Shown: positions 36,966 to 50,589, numbered from the stretch's first letter. The stretch: DNA of 64,000 nucleotides from Macrostomum lignano (GCA_002269645.1 NIVC01001034.1:34060-98059), one strand, 5' to 3'. The notes: a model not told the origin generated them from the letters alone. Made by a program: numbers and translations.

Positions 36966-39389
36966 GAAACTGTATAGGCTTCTTCGATGTGAAGAAACAT
37001 GAAATACAGGTGCCGTTTGAACTTAACAATAAACAGCTAACCGAACTGAACCTTATTATTGTAGAAAGTGATCTCTTTGGTGTTTATTCCAGCTGCTTTA
37101 GCTCGTAAAATAACTTTTTTGTTTGAAGCATCCAGTTTTCATATCGTACTCGTAGCTTAGCTTTAATCTGAAAGAGATATTTGTAATTTTTTGCGCGTAA
37201 TTTTTGTAAATCACTTTGGTAATTTACTTGTACGCTCGTATTTCGTACGTTCTAGCTATTTATTTGTACCACTTAGACTGATATGGATATCTTCGACTTA
37301 AATGGTTTGTGCTGTGATTTTGTAGTTTACAGCACCACAGCTTTCTTAGCGAGCACATTTTGCCATGGTCTTTAAATTTTTATTTACATGTACGCGTCCG
37401 GGAGTGATTCTTATTATTATTTTTTACTACAATTTGTCTTGTTCTAGCCAGTGCTTTTTCAAGGACTTTTTCGAAATACATTGAAATTATAGCGATTAAT
37501 TGAGTAAAATTATTATTAATCAGTGGTTACACACGTATTATTTTTTCCTGAGCTTTGAACGAAGAAAAACGCTATTGACTGACGCGTAAACAGGAAGAAT
37601 GTTTGAAATCGATTTTCTTTTTTAGTTACAAAACAACATTTTTGGCACAGGGAAATGAAGTTTTGACTTTTTTATCCATAAAGTTTTTTACCTCGCAAAA
37701 TTTTGGATAAGAAAGGAAAACATTCAAAAATTAAATTTTTCATTTGCTTCGTCTTTTTTACAACTGCAGACTCACAGAACTTACAAACCGTGTTTCCGAA
37801 ACTGATTTTTCACTAGGTAGTTACTGAGCAGGTACCTTCAACATCTTGGAATTTTTAGACAATAAACTAGCATTCTGCGCCCCCTTTGTGGACCTGTACA
37901 AATACCCCGTTTAGCAGTTTGTATTGCACCTGAAATTCGAATTGAATTCTATCTGTACACGCGGAAGAGCCTGAGTGAGTACTTTTTACATAGTCAACAA
38001 GCGAGAGTTAACCACTATTGCTGTGCATTTCAACCAGTCACGTGGGAGATCCATAGGATGATTAAAGGCTCCCATTTCTACCTGAAAAACAGCCGATTAT
38101 TTTACTTTGTTAGGATTAGCTAGTTAGTCATGGGGATGCTGTTTAAACGCAAGGAAATGGACGAAAAAATTGGCAAAGTCGCGTTTGCTGTCAACGAAAG
38201 AAAAAACTGCGCTTATGGTTCGTGGAGATGTTGCCCTTCCTGTAACCCTCCGCCGTTCGCATTCAAGGTCAACCCATGAACTGCAGTCTCCTCCGAGGCA
38301 TCTGGCAGTGTTTACTTCTTGACAGGGAGAAAGTGCTTGTCTAAAGTTGGAATGCGGTGCATAATATAACCTTCCAAGCTGCATAATAGTTGCTATTGAA
38401 TGAATCGAAGTTGGTGAACCGAAAACCAAGTAAAATTCAAGTCTAAGTGTCTAACCGTTTCAATGAATAGATATGCTTTAGGTTAAGGCAAATATCTTTG
38501 GACAAAAAAGCCCGATAACCTACTAAATATCACTGCCAATGGTTGAAAAATATTGTTCTAAATCATTGCTTGGTCCAACCAACATATGGCAGAAATCTGA
38601 CCTTGCACACACATGATGCACAGATTGGGGCGAGGTTACAATGGGATCACAAGGCCCTGGTCTGGCTATATACTGCTCCCAACATTATTTTAGGATAACA
38701 TTTGCCTTCCACCTTAATTTCTGCGGCTAATTGAAGGTCTTGTAGAACTGCTGTTCTTAGAGTTCAGTTGAGTGATACTACAAGGCTTAGAGGAAGGCTA
38801 ACTACATGTAGCAGCGAAGGTCGGTGTAATGCTTTAAATTAGTTATTAATAAATGACTACAACTAGATGAATTCGATTGCCTAATTCAATTGCCTAATCA
38901 AAAGAAGTAATTTCGATCGCCTTGGGATAGCTTTCAAACTTCAGATCGGATTAATGAGGCGCCATCTGACAGAAACTTGATGAGATTTATTTAACAGTTT
39001 TTTTGCATTGCAGTAGTCCAGTCACAGTCCAGTCCTAAATTTAGGAACAACAGAGATCAAGTTTTTTAAAGCAGTTGAACACTACGATGGACTGTTGCCA
39101 TGAAGTAGTCAAGGACTAGCAAAACAACACAAATGGACTATTCTGTAAAATTGGCTGTCTTTATCATAACTATTCCTGTGATGGCGCATTTAATCTCTTC
39201 GCCACTTTGCAGAGGCACTTAGCAACCGAAACCGCTTGAGTTGAAAAGAAAAAATCACAACAGAGTTTAAACGTAAGTTAACCAGACCAACAAAATTCAA
39301 AAACCGAAGACGCGAATTCAACCAGGGGAAATCGATATTCACTCGAGGTTTCGAAACCTATCTTTAGTGCCTTTACTGCATCGCTGCAA

Positions 39390-39925
39390 CATAGACCATA
39401 GACCATAGACCATAGAACATAGACCATGGTGACCGTATAGACCATTGACCCTAGACCATAGACCATAGACCACAGACCATAGACCACAGACCATAGACCA
39501 CAGACCATAGACCACAGACCATAGACCACAGACCATAGACCACAGACCACAGACCATGGACCACAGACCATAGACCACAGACCATAGACCACAGACCACA
39601 GACCATAGACCACAGACCATAGACCATAGACCATAGACCACAGACCACAGACCACAGACCACAGACCATAGACCATAGAATATAGACCATAGACTACAGA
39701 CCATAGACTACAGACCATAGACCATAGACCATAGACCATAAACCATTGATCATATTTACGATAACACATTAGACCACAATTCAGACAGTGCCATATACCA
39801 TAAACCATAGAACGTAGAACATAAAACATAGACCATAGACCATAGAACATAGACCATGGTGACCGTATAGACCATTGACCATAGACCATAGACCATAGAC
39901 CATAGACCATAAACCATAGACCATG
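39390..39925. repeat. (CCATAGA/CCACAGA)n heptamer microsatellite
   Basis: Directly visible. Confidence 0.95.
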
Positions 39926-39962
39926 GACACAATCAACTATAATTCAGATGAGTTAGAACTGA

Positions 39963-41291
39963 TCAAGGCTGATCGGTCAGATGAACAACAGCATCTTCTT
40001 GATCAGCCGCGTTCACAACAGTTTCAGTCCGTCTGGCTTTGCTCCAGCGCAGCTGCAGATTGGCAGCGTCGCTTGCAGATCTGGCTACCACCGAGTGCCG
40101 ATGCCTGACGCATCGCATTGTGACCAAGCTGCGAAAGCAGGCCTTAAATTTGGAGCTAATCAGTACTAAACAAATCGGATTGATGGCGCTATTCGCGTAT
40201 CCTAGCAACAGAGCTATGGGCAGAAGCGTCGTCACCAGATAGTCCTCGGTAACCGCTGTCGGCACAGGCGTTGCTGGTGTTGTCGGAGTCTCCGAGCTCG
40301 AGTTGGCTGCCGCCTGCCGCAGGTCGATGAGAATGTTCACCACGTGATAGGGCAGCCAGCAGATGGAGAATGCAGCCAGTAGAACCATCACCACTTTGCT
40401 GGCCTTCACTCGACCCTGGGTCACCGAGTTTTGCCCGGCCTGATCGCGCGAGAAACGGGCGGTGGACACGAGGCGGCGGCTGAGCTTCCAGGAGAACACG
40501 GACATGGCTAGCAGAGGCAGCAGGTACAGCAGACCGAATAGACAGACGGTGTAGATGGTCTTGCGACTGGGGTGCTGGTGCCAATGCTCAACGCAGGTGT
40601 GCATGGTCACTAGCCAGAACACCTGGGCCTCTCGGACCTCGTACACCATGGGTATGGGGCTGCACACGAGCAGTGACAGCAGCCAGATGCCCCCGACCCA
40701 GAACCCCATGCGGGTGTTGGTCAGGGCCTCTTTGGCAGCCAGAGGGTAGCGCACTACAACGAAGCGTTTCACCGACAGCGAAGCCAAAGACCAGACGCTG
40801 ACGGAGATGGACAGGCCCTGGAGGAACGGCGTCAGCTTGCACAGAACGGAGCCGAATATCCACTGCAGGTGCAGGACATTGTAAATTGTCAGCGGTAGGC
40901 AGATCAGAAAGATCAGCATGTCGCTCAGGGCCAGGCTTAGTAGAAACAGATTGGTTCGGGAGCGCATTTCTGGGAACACGGTGATGCTGAGGATTACCAG
41001 GATGTTGCCAATTAGTCCAATTAGCAGCAGCAGGCATGAGATAACCAGGATAGGTATTTTAAGCATCTCATTTTTGCTGCTCATTTTCTGTTCGATGAAG
41101 TCGCGGCAGAATTGCATATTCTGCCTCACCAGCTCCTCGGTCAGGGTGCACAGGTAGATGCCCAGCATTCGGTCGCTTACTTTCGCATCTGGAGGCAGGA
41201 AGCCATCAGAGCCAAACATGCTGGTGCTGTTGAAGCTCGACCTGCTTTGGTTAGCGGTTGGCATGTCTTCGCCGAGCATGTACTTTTGCAT
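39963..41291 (-). CDS. Rhodopsin-family (class A) neuropeptide GPCR, orexin/allatotropin- or RFamide-receptor-like, 442 aa
   Basis: Seven hydrophobic segments: GLIGNILVI, MRSRTNLFLLSLALSD, WIFGSVLCKLTPFLQG, CSP, CVEHW, CWLPY, YANSAINP. Single coding exon. An acceptor (TTTCAG on -) at 41329-41334 suggests an upstream exon, so the N-terminus may be longer. Confidence 0.92.
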   Translation of the reverse strand: MQKYMLGEDMPTANQSRSSFNSTSMFGSDGFLPPDAKVSDRMLGIYLCTLTEELVRQNMQFCRDFIEQKMSSKNEMLKIPILVISCLLLLIGLIGNILVILSITVFPEMRSRTNLFLLSLALSDMLIFLICLPLTIYNVLHLQWIFGSVLCKLTPFLQGLSISVSVWSLASLSVKRFVVVRYPLAAKEALTNTRMGFWVGGIWLLSLLVCSPIPMVYEVREAQVFWLVTMHTCVEHWHQHPSRKTIYTVCLFGLLYLLPLLAMSVFSWKLSRRLVSTARFSRDQAGQNSVTQGRVKASKVVMVLLAAFSICWLPYHVVNILIDLRQAAANSSSETPTTPATPVPTAVTEDYLVTTLLPIALLLGYANSAINPICLVLISSKFKACFRSLVTMRCVRHRHSVVARSASDAANLQLRWSKARRTETVVNAADQEDAVVHLTDQP

Positions 41292-42469
41292 GTAGTAAAC
41301 GCAGCACCAGGCCTGATGGTAGTAGAGCCTGAAAGAGGGAGAAGGCAGTTCACGGTCTGACTTCTGTGAACGATTTTCAACTTGTCAGACTGTCAGAGAA
41401 AGTTTTACTAAGCCAGGATTTTCCTTTTTCGACGGAATGGACCAACTGGAAAAGCACTTCTCCATCAAATAGAATTATTATTCAAGAGAGAGAATTTAGT
41501 CACGCAACCTGAGCGAAAGAATTCAATTTTCAGATGAAAATTGACATCCCAATGTAACCGTGATTTGATTAAAAGATTTTGATTAAAGAGAAAATTGATT
41601 GCAGCTTTTATCAGTTATTCCTGCTTCTTCCTAGATTTTGCTAGTTAGCGCCTGACTCAGGTAATTCGAATTTAGAAATCGCATTAGTTCAGTTAGTCGC
41701 GGGAGAAGACCTCAACTCAATGGTCTTAGCAATTACGAGTAGCAGAAGAAGTGAGTTAAGCTTGGTGCTGCGGCGCTGTCAAAGCAACCGGCTCTCGACA
41801 CCGGCCCTACGCAGCAACTGTTCGCACGCAATCGCCTCTTGTGACTTCTGTTGCAGAAAAACACGAATCTATACTCGTTCGCTCTGCGTCACTGCAGGCG
41901 GATGGTTTTAAAAGAAAGTCGCCTAAAAAATAGAATCAAGAGGGAGAAGTACCGACAGCAGGAACACGGAGAGGCTTTCGTTAAGAAGAAGAAGAACTCG
42001 TAGAAAAAGATGAGATTAGGAGCTGAATAAATTGAATGCTTCGCTGAGGCACTCAAATCCATTCTCGATTGGAACTCTGTCATCCTCCAAGCTCCCGCGC
42101 TGGCTTACAAGTCGGAAGAGTGTGCTGGACCTCGACCAGTGAATAAAGTGGATCGAATTCAAGTGCCAAGAGAGAGAGAGAGAGTAGAGAAGTTAAAGAA
42201 TGATTTTTACTCTTAAATCAATTATTTTATAGCCAACCTTCTCCTACTTCTCCGAGTGAGGAGATGAAAGAATCGAATGGTATTGATGATGGAGAGCGGG
42301 CGTGTGAGAAACAGAACTTGGGTAGAATATCTGACCCGAATCGCGTCTTAGATTTAGACAGCGACATGCAGACAGACAGGGGAGGAGGAGACAGGGAAGA
42401 GGGAGACAGGAGAGAGGAAAATAGAAGAGACGGAAATAGCGGAGAAGGAGACACGGGAGGGGGAGATAG

Positions 42470-42471
42470 GA

Positions 42472-42524
<53 letters not shown>

Positions 42525-43420
42525 AGGAGCAGATAAGGGAGAGGGAGACAAGGGAGAGGGAGCCAGCGGAGAGAGAGACAGTGGAGAGAGAGACAGCGGA
42601 GAGAGAGACAGCGGAGAGAGAGACAGCGGAGAGGGAGACAGCGGAGAGGGAGACAGCGGAGAGAGAGACAGCGGAGAGGGAGACAGCGGAGAGGGAGACA
42701 GCGGAGAGGGAGACAGCGGAGAGAGAGACAGCGGAGAGGGAGACAGCGGAGAGGGAGACAGCGGAGAGGGAGACAGTGGAGACGGAGACAGCGGAGAGGG
42801 AGACAGTGGAGACGGAGACAGCGGAGAGGGAGACAGCGGAGAGGGAGACAGCGGAGAGGGAGACAGCGGAGAGGGAGACAGCGGAGAGGGAGACAGCGGA
42901 GACGGAGACAGTGGAGAGGGAGACAGCGGAGAGGGAGACAGCGGAGAGGGAGACAGCGGAGAGAGATACAGCGGAGAGAGAGACAGCGGAGAGAGAGACA
43001 GCGGAGAGGGAGACAGCGGAGAGGGAGACAGCGGAGAGGGAGACAGTGGAGACGGAGACAGCGGAGAGGGAGACAGTGGAGACGGAGACAGTGGAGAGGG
43101 AGACAGTGGAGAGAGAGACAGCGGAGAGAGAGACAGCGGAGAGGGAGACAGCGGAGAGGGAGACAGCGGAGAGGGAGACAGTGGAGAGGGAGACAGCGGA
43201 GAGGGAGACAGCGGAGAGGGAGACAGCGGAGAGGGAGACAGCGGAGAGGGAGACAGTGGAGAGGGAGACAGCGGAGAGGGAGACAGCGGAGAGGGAGACA
43301 GCGGAGAGGGAGACAGTGGAGAGGGAGACAGCGGAGAGGGAGACAGTGGAGAGGGAGACAGCGGAGAGGGAGACAGCGGAGAGGGAGACAGCAGAGGGGG
43401 AGACAAAAGAGGGGGAGATA
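42470..43420. repeat. (GA)n followed by 15-bp purine-rich minisatellite GACAGCGGAGAGGGA
   Basis: Directly visible. Confidence 0.95.
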
Positions 43421-43769
43421 TGGGAGACAAAGGAGAAGAGTAAGGTGCAGAATAGAATTGCCAGACAGCCAAAAGCAGGCAGAAATCCAATCCGCCTTCC
43501 CATTAACACGAAATAGTTCAAACAAAGAGACAGGCGGCCCAGAAAGCAATATTTGCACTGACCATATAGCTATAGTTAAACCCAGTCAGCCACTAAATAT
43601 CGAATTTCATTAATTCATATCGAAAAACATTTCAACTCCCCACGCTCTGGAGTGTTCTGGACCATTCGGTGAAAGTGAAAATTTGATTATATGAATTAAA
43701 AATTCAACAGGTCTATGTGACTAGCCACAGAGAGAGAACTGGAATGATTTCATGTACGAGCCTATCGTA

Positions 43770-44150
43770 GGGGCCGTAAACCCGTAGCCCAGTGGTCCAG
43801 TGCGGCGTTCTGATGTGCCAGCGGCCCGGGCTCGATTCCAAATGCAGTCACATTGATTTGGGATGCATTCGAATCTCGGCTTGGCTCTCTGCTCCTGCAG
43901 TTAACGGCCTTGAGAGCCAACCCCCAAGGCACAGTGAAGTGTACATGTACATGAACGATAAATAAAGTTAGGGCCGCTGTACACCTGCGTGTGTGTGTGC
44001 CCGTGCGTATGACTGCGTACGTATCTGCGCGCTTGTGTGCCTGCTCAGGGGAGTCGGCGGAATTAGGCAGCAATGCCTCTCGCCGGTTGTGTGACAATGA
44101 CGCCTAAAGTGCGCCAGAGTGCACACGGCCCCTCCTGTCTTTTATTTATG
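43770..44150 (+). mobile_element. tRNA-headed SINE copy, near full length
   Basis: A-box TAGCCCAGTGG, B-box GGCTCGATTCC (43829-43839), core AGGGCCGCTGTACACC and an AT-rich end. The head matches the copy at 7.7 kb. Confidence 0.78.
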
Positions 44151-44659
44151 TATGCTCGTTGATTGCTAGTTTCAATTCTAAAATTTCCATTCGTTTTTCT
44201 ACTTACAATAACCATTGCGTTTCTTTCTACGAGCAGAGACAGCTGAGACAATAGGCAATAATTAGCGATCTTAATTAACTTACCTTTTTCACTGCAGAAT
44301 GAATTGCTTGGGTAAGGCAGCCCCTAGACAGCGCTCTGCTGTGTGGAAAGTTTGCCACAATGTTGATAACAAAACAAGGCAGAAGCTGCAGGGCAGGGAC
44401 AACTGAAGCGCAGCCGGGGATTCGGGAAGCCGCACTGGCTTTAAGCTTCCCCTACCGTTTGGCGATGTCTAGAATTGGCCCTGACAACCAATGAACGAAT
44501 TCTCCCATATGGGGAAGAGAGAGGCAGGAAGTTGAATTGGATGGACCGAGTCGGACCGAGGCAAGGACATCTCCAGTTAGAATCTGGAGTTTTCATGGAG
44601 TCGGAGCAGCTCAGTTGTAAACGGTTTTGACTCTCCTAAAACTCCTGCCGATTAGAAAG

Positions 44660-44850
44660 TGAAAGGGCCGCTGTACAAGCTGTAAATGAGTGCGTGCCTG
44701 TGTGCAGTTTTGCTTTCAGCGCGCCTACATGCATGTGCTCGGGAGTCAGAGGAATTGGCAGAATTGCCTCACCGCTACTTGAAGTAGTTGTGGGACGATG
44801 TCGCCAAAGGCGTTGCTAAAACTTTCCTGCAAATATTTATTTATTAAGGA
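44660..44850 (+). mobile_element. 5'-truncated copy of the same SINE family
   Basis: AGGGCCGCTGTACA core plus GGGAGTCAGAGGAATTGGCAGAATTGCC tail, ending TTTATTTATT. Confidence 0.6.
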
Positions 44851-45754
44851 ACTTTAAATGCACACCCACGAGCTTGGCTGTTAATGGCTGGGCACATATG
44901 CTTAGTAAAACAGCTTTCTACTTTCAGTTCAGTAGCAAAGAAGAATACATAAGCTATTTTATAAAAATATAATCAGCTGAAGTGACTTTGATAAGTTTAG
45001 AAGCCCAAAGGTTGCAGGCGTAAACAACTTGCTAATTGGTTGAGCAATAATTTACATTATCCAGTCCACTGAAATGTACATGGCAGCTTGAGACTGGAAT
45101 TCCGAGAAAGCCAATAAAAATTGGGGCGGGCGGTGGGGGGGGGGTAGAGTGGAAAGGCGCGGTTGGAGGGTTTAAGCTTGGGGGAGGGGTAAGAGCCTAC
45201 GAGTAATACACGAGCCTCGGCTTTAAAGTACATTAAAATGCTTCTTCTGTTTATCTTCTGAACTACGAGTAAAAGTAGCTTACACGCAAATGTGCTGAGT
45301 GGCTCATCTGAGTGGTTTCGTCTCAATTCTTGATTAAAAATTTATATTATCCTTTTTCTCTCAAGTTTATGTACAATTCGGATTTAAATTCAAATTCACA
45401 GATCTCCTTGCTCATTCACAGCCAAGCGCGAGAATGAAAATTCGTGACAAAGGGAAAAACCAGCGAGTCGTACCTCGATAAGGAGAGAAGCGAAAGAATG
45501 AGTGCTCCAGATATGGAAGCGAAGAGTTTACGGTCCTTTGAATATGATAAATGGGAGATTTTTCCACGCAGCGCGATTGCCCCAGCACTGACTGACGAGA
45601 CTGGTGGGATTGAAGTGTCTCACGGGAAAAGTTTTATGCGACCTCCCTGCAGAGCTCAGAACTGACTGAGGAGTAGCGGGCCTCGGTATTGGGGGATAAT
45701 ATTCCCATGTCAAGTCACTCTCTGTTAATCAATCAATGACAGCGGCTTCTTAGA

Positions 45755-46740
45755 TTCCTGGAATCCCAGATTCCCAATATTCCACAGATCGCCAGCTTTC
45801 CCATACTTCCCATAATCTCCAGATCTTTCATCCTCATGCTCTCAGGATTCCCCACATTCCTCATGCTCTCAGGATTCCCCACATTCCTCATGATCTCAGG
45901 ATTCCCCACATTCCTCATGATCTCAGGATTCCCCACATTCCTCATGATCTCAGGATTCCCCACATTCCTCATGATCTCAGGATTCCCCACATTCCTCTTG
46001 CTCTCAGGATTCCCCACATTCCTCATACTCTCAGGATTCCACATATTCCTCATACTCTCCAGATTTCCCATAGTCCAGATTCCCCAGATTCCCCATACTC
46101 CCAGATTCTCCAGATTCCGTATATTACCTAGATTTCCCAGATTCTCAAAAAATCCAAGATTCCCCAGATTCCCCAGATTCCCCATATTACTCAGATTCTC
46201 CAGATTCCCATATTACCCAGATTCCTCAGATTCCCCATATTACCCAGATTCCCCAGATTCTCAAAAATCCAAGATTCCCCAGATTCCCCATATTACCCAA
46301 ATTCCCCAGATTCCCAGATTCTCCATAATCCCACATTCCCCAGATTCCCCATATTGCTCAAATTCTCCAGATTCCCATATTACCCAGGTTCCTCCGATTC
46401 CCCATATCACCCAGATTCCCCAGATTCCCCATATTACTCAGATTCTCCAGATTCCCATATTACCCAGATTCCCCAGATTCCCCAGATTCCCCATATTACC
46501 CAGATTCCCCAGATTCCCCATATTACCCAGATTCCCCAGATTCTCAAAAATCCCAGATTTCACAGATTCCCCATATTACTCAGATTCCCCAGATTCCTTA
46601 TATTACCCAGATTCCTTAGGTTCCCCAGATTCCCCAGATTCCCCAGATTCCCCAGATTCCCAATACTCCCATAATCCCAGATTCTTCAGATTCCCCAGAT
46701 TCTCCAGATTCCCCAGATTCCCCAGATTCCCCAGGTTCCC
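45755..46740. repeat. Composite satellite built on ATTCCCCAG, including a 30-bp higher-order unit
   Basis: Directly visible. Confidence 0.92.
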
Positions 46741-46923
46741 GAGAAACAAAGAAACTGATTTTTTCATTCAAATAAAAACTTATTTTGCTCCAACAGAACT
46801 TCTGCAATCGCAATCAATGCTTTCTCTGCGCATTCCCTCTATCCTAGCCTAAAGCAAAAATCTTTGAGGAGGAAAAGAATATCTAGTTAACACTTGCAGA
46901 CGGGAAGCTTAGTGCCATTGAAA

Positions 46924-46962
<39 letters not shown>

Positions 46963-47221
46963 GAAAGCCGTGAGCAGAATTTCATATCGATCAATGACTA
47001 TTCCCATTGCCAGCCCAACCATCAAGGAAGGCATTTTGATATACATGTACTTCGTATTTGAAGTCCCTTAAGGATTGTCTAATCTTCCTATGTGAAGCTT
47101 CTGCGCTTTTTTCGGTTCAGCTTATAGCTAACCATTAGGATTACAGCTTCGATTTTGGCCTTTCCGTCGATGATATTGACAACTCGCAACTGGTGGCTTT
47201 GGGTTTGATTGCTTCTGGGAA

Positions 47222-47848
<627 letters not shown>

Positions 47849-48169
47849 GCCGCAGACATGGCGAGCAAGTTCTGTCATCTGTGAAATTGGCACATTAGTG
47901 AGAATGGAGATTGGGTCGCAACTACGGCAGGCGGAAATGAGGTCTCGCAATGGCGCCGGCTGAACTAAGTTGATTTTAGGAGCAGAGTAGAAGACACCTA
48001 AGCAATACGAAGAGGCTATTAGGCAATTTTCCAGCAGCCGAAGATGGCAATGATTGGATAGAGAAATCCACAAGTCGCTGCACTGGTTGCTCCACGCACT
48101 TGTTGGACTGCCTTACCAACGTAGCTCCATGTGCGATAACTACAGACACATGGAGCTACGGTTTTGCCG

Positions 48170-48395
48170 GTTGGCGCCACAGGTTTGCATTTTTGCGCCA
48201 CAGGTTTGCATTTTGGCGCCACAGGTTTGCATTTTGGCGCCACAGGTTTGCATTTTGGCGCCACAGGTTTGCATTTTGGCGCCACAGGTTTGCATTTTGG
48301 CGCCACAGGTTTGCATTTTGGCGCCACAGGTTTGCATTTTGGCGCCACAGGTTTGCATTTTGGCGCCACAGGTTTGCAGTTTGGTGCCACAAGTA
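48170..48395. repeat. 21-bp minisatellite GGCGCCACAGGTTTGCATTTT, ~10 copies
   Basis: Directly visible. Confidence 0.95.
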
Positions 48396-48889
48396 GGCCC
48401 ATTTTTGGCTCCACAGATGCATATTTTGGCACCACAGATGCCAGTTTTGGCACCAAAATATTTTTCGCTAATTGCAATTTCGGATTGTTTGCTTTACTTA
48501 CCCTTTTGGTGACAATATTTACTGTAGGCAAATGCATCAATTTTTATTAAAGTACAGCAAGTTTCACAAAAAGTGAAAAAAACATTTCCTATAGAAACTG
48601 AGCCAAGCAAACAGTTCCGGCAGGTAGATTGAAAATTCCCATTTCTCTTCTTACATTTTCATCCCTGTCTTTTTTGAGGTTCTGCTGATTGCAAACAGGG
48701 GAGCAATTGCTTTTTAAGCGCAGCTTCTTTGGTGGGCAAGGGAAGATATGACGTGGGTTGTGTACTCGTAGCATGCGAAATATGAATAGAAAATGGCGTA
48801 ATGGAATAGGAAAGCAAGTAGACAGACAGGTACGCCACATTTTAATGCGAATGAGTGAGAAAGTGAGTGGAGTAGAGATGAGAGACGGA

Positions 48890-49230
48890 GAGAGTATGAG
48901 AGAGGAAGGGATTAGTAGAGAGGTATTAGTAGAGATGTGTACTAGAGAAGAGATTAGTAGAGAGAGATTAGTAGAGAGGGGTAGTAGAGAGAGATTAGTA
49001 GAGAGGGGTAGTAGAGAGAGATTAGTAGAGAGGGGTAGTAGAGAGAGATTAGTAGAGAGGGGTAGTAGAGAGGGATAGTAGAGAGGGGTAGTAGAGAGGG
49101 GTAGTAGAGAGGGGTAGTAGAGAGAGATTAGTAGAGGGGTAGTAGAGAGGGGTAGTAGAGAGGGGTAGTAGAGAGGGCAGTAGAAAGGGGCAGTAGAGAA
49201 AGGAAGTAGAGAGGGTAGTAGCGAGAGTTC
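48890..49230. repeat. Purine-rich GTAGAGAGGG / GTAGAGAGAGATTA satellite
   Basis: Directly visible. Confidence 0.9.
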
Positions 49231-49684
49231 AGAGGGGAGAATAGAGTGGAGAAAGGTACGAGAGAGGCGAGCTGCAGGAAGATATATATGGAGTCGCGAA
49301 GAATGACAACGAGAAGTTCTCATCCAAGAATCGAATTCAAGCTGAAGAAATGAGCTCCCAGAATAATGGCTGACAATCTTCGGTGACTCGCTGATGAAGC
49401 ACCTTACGCCTGCACTCCTGGTTGCGAGAATTCCAAACAAATTTTGACGAATCTCAACCGATAAAAATCCCCACTGCACTACTACTCTAACTATTGTGAG
49501 TAGCAAGTAGGGAGAGAGATGGCTTAGCGTTTCACATTGTCTGTACTCACCTGTCTTCTGAGCTCAGGTTCATCGAATGGCTTTGAGTAGTCATTGTGCC
49601 AGAATGAGTCGTTGTCACCTGTTCTGTTAAATTATGATAGGGCATAATTATTTATTTTGTACTACTACAGGTGAGGGTAAATGA

Positions 49685-50090
49685 GGGAGAGAGATAAGAG
49701 GGATGATTAAGACTTACCTGTAGATATGAGAGTGATAAGGGGGATGATTAAGGCTTACCTGTAGATCTGAGAGAGATAATAGGGATGATTAAGGCTACCC
49801 GTAGTTATGAGAAATAGGGGAGATGATTAAGGCTAACCTGTAGATGCGAGAGAGATAATAGGGATGATTAAGGCTTACCTGTAGATGCGAGAGAGATAAG
49901 GGGGATGATTAGTGCTTACCTGTAGATGTGAGAGAGATAAGAGGGATGATTAATGCTTACCTGTAGATGTGAGAGAGATAAGAGGGATGATTAAGGCTTA
50001 CCTGTAGATGTGAGAGAGATAAGAGAGATGATTAGGGCTACCTGTAGATGCGAGAGAGATAAGGATGATAAAGGCTGCCTGTGGAAATAG
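49685..50090 (-). repeat. 41-bp minisatellite, ~10 copies; unit on - reads GTAAGCCTTAATCATCCCTCTTATCTCTCTCACATCTACAG
   Basis: Directly visible; see findings. Confidence 0.92.
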
Positions 50091-50589
50091 GGGAGATTTG
50101 ATAGGATTCGAGGAGTTCAGTTAGCAAAAAATAATGAAAAACTCACTCCGTCACAAACACCAATTTGTTAGGATCGCTTACTGCACTTTTAATTTCCTTT
50201 CGGGGATAGAACTTTAACTTTGGAGATAGAAATAATAAGAACCTAATCGAAACGAAGTGCTTTTTATAGTGGAGTCTCAGTACTTCTGGCTGACAGATTG
50301 CTCTTGTAAAAGGGCTTCTATTGGATTATACGAAGCTCCATCCACCTCATAGCAGCTGTATAGCAGATGAGCTTCTTATTTTGTGTCTGATCTGAGTCCA
50401 AGCGAAATTCGCTAAGTACCAATTTTTACTTAGAGAAAATTGAAGAATCAGTTTTTCCGCACGCACACAGTTTTTGGTGCAATATTTCAGAATTTTGTAT
50501 GGGTGTGCTTGAGCGTATTTTACAGATTTTAAAATCCTTTTACTTGCATTAAGCACGCGAAAACAGCAAGTATTGCGAAAATGGAAGCC

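Noticed and set aside
43770-43845. tRNA genes at the A/B-box sites (also ~7.7 and ~32.1 kb)
   Set aside because: No complete cloverleaf acceptor stem, and they continue into a shared repeat body, so they are SINE heads.
49364-49450. WLTIFGDSLMKHL as an SGNH esterase or second TAL exon on +
   Set aside because: Bounded by stops, with no further SGNH blocks or EF-hand loop.
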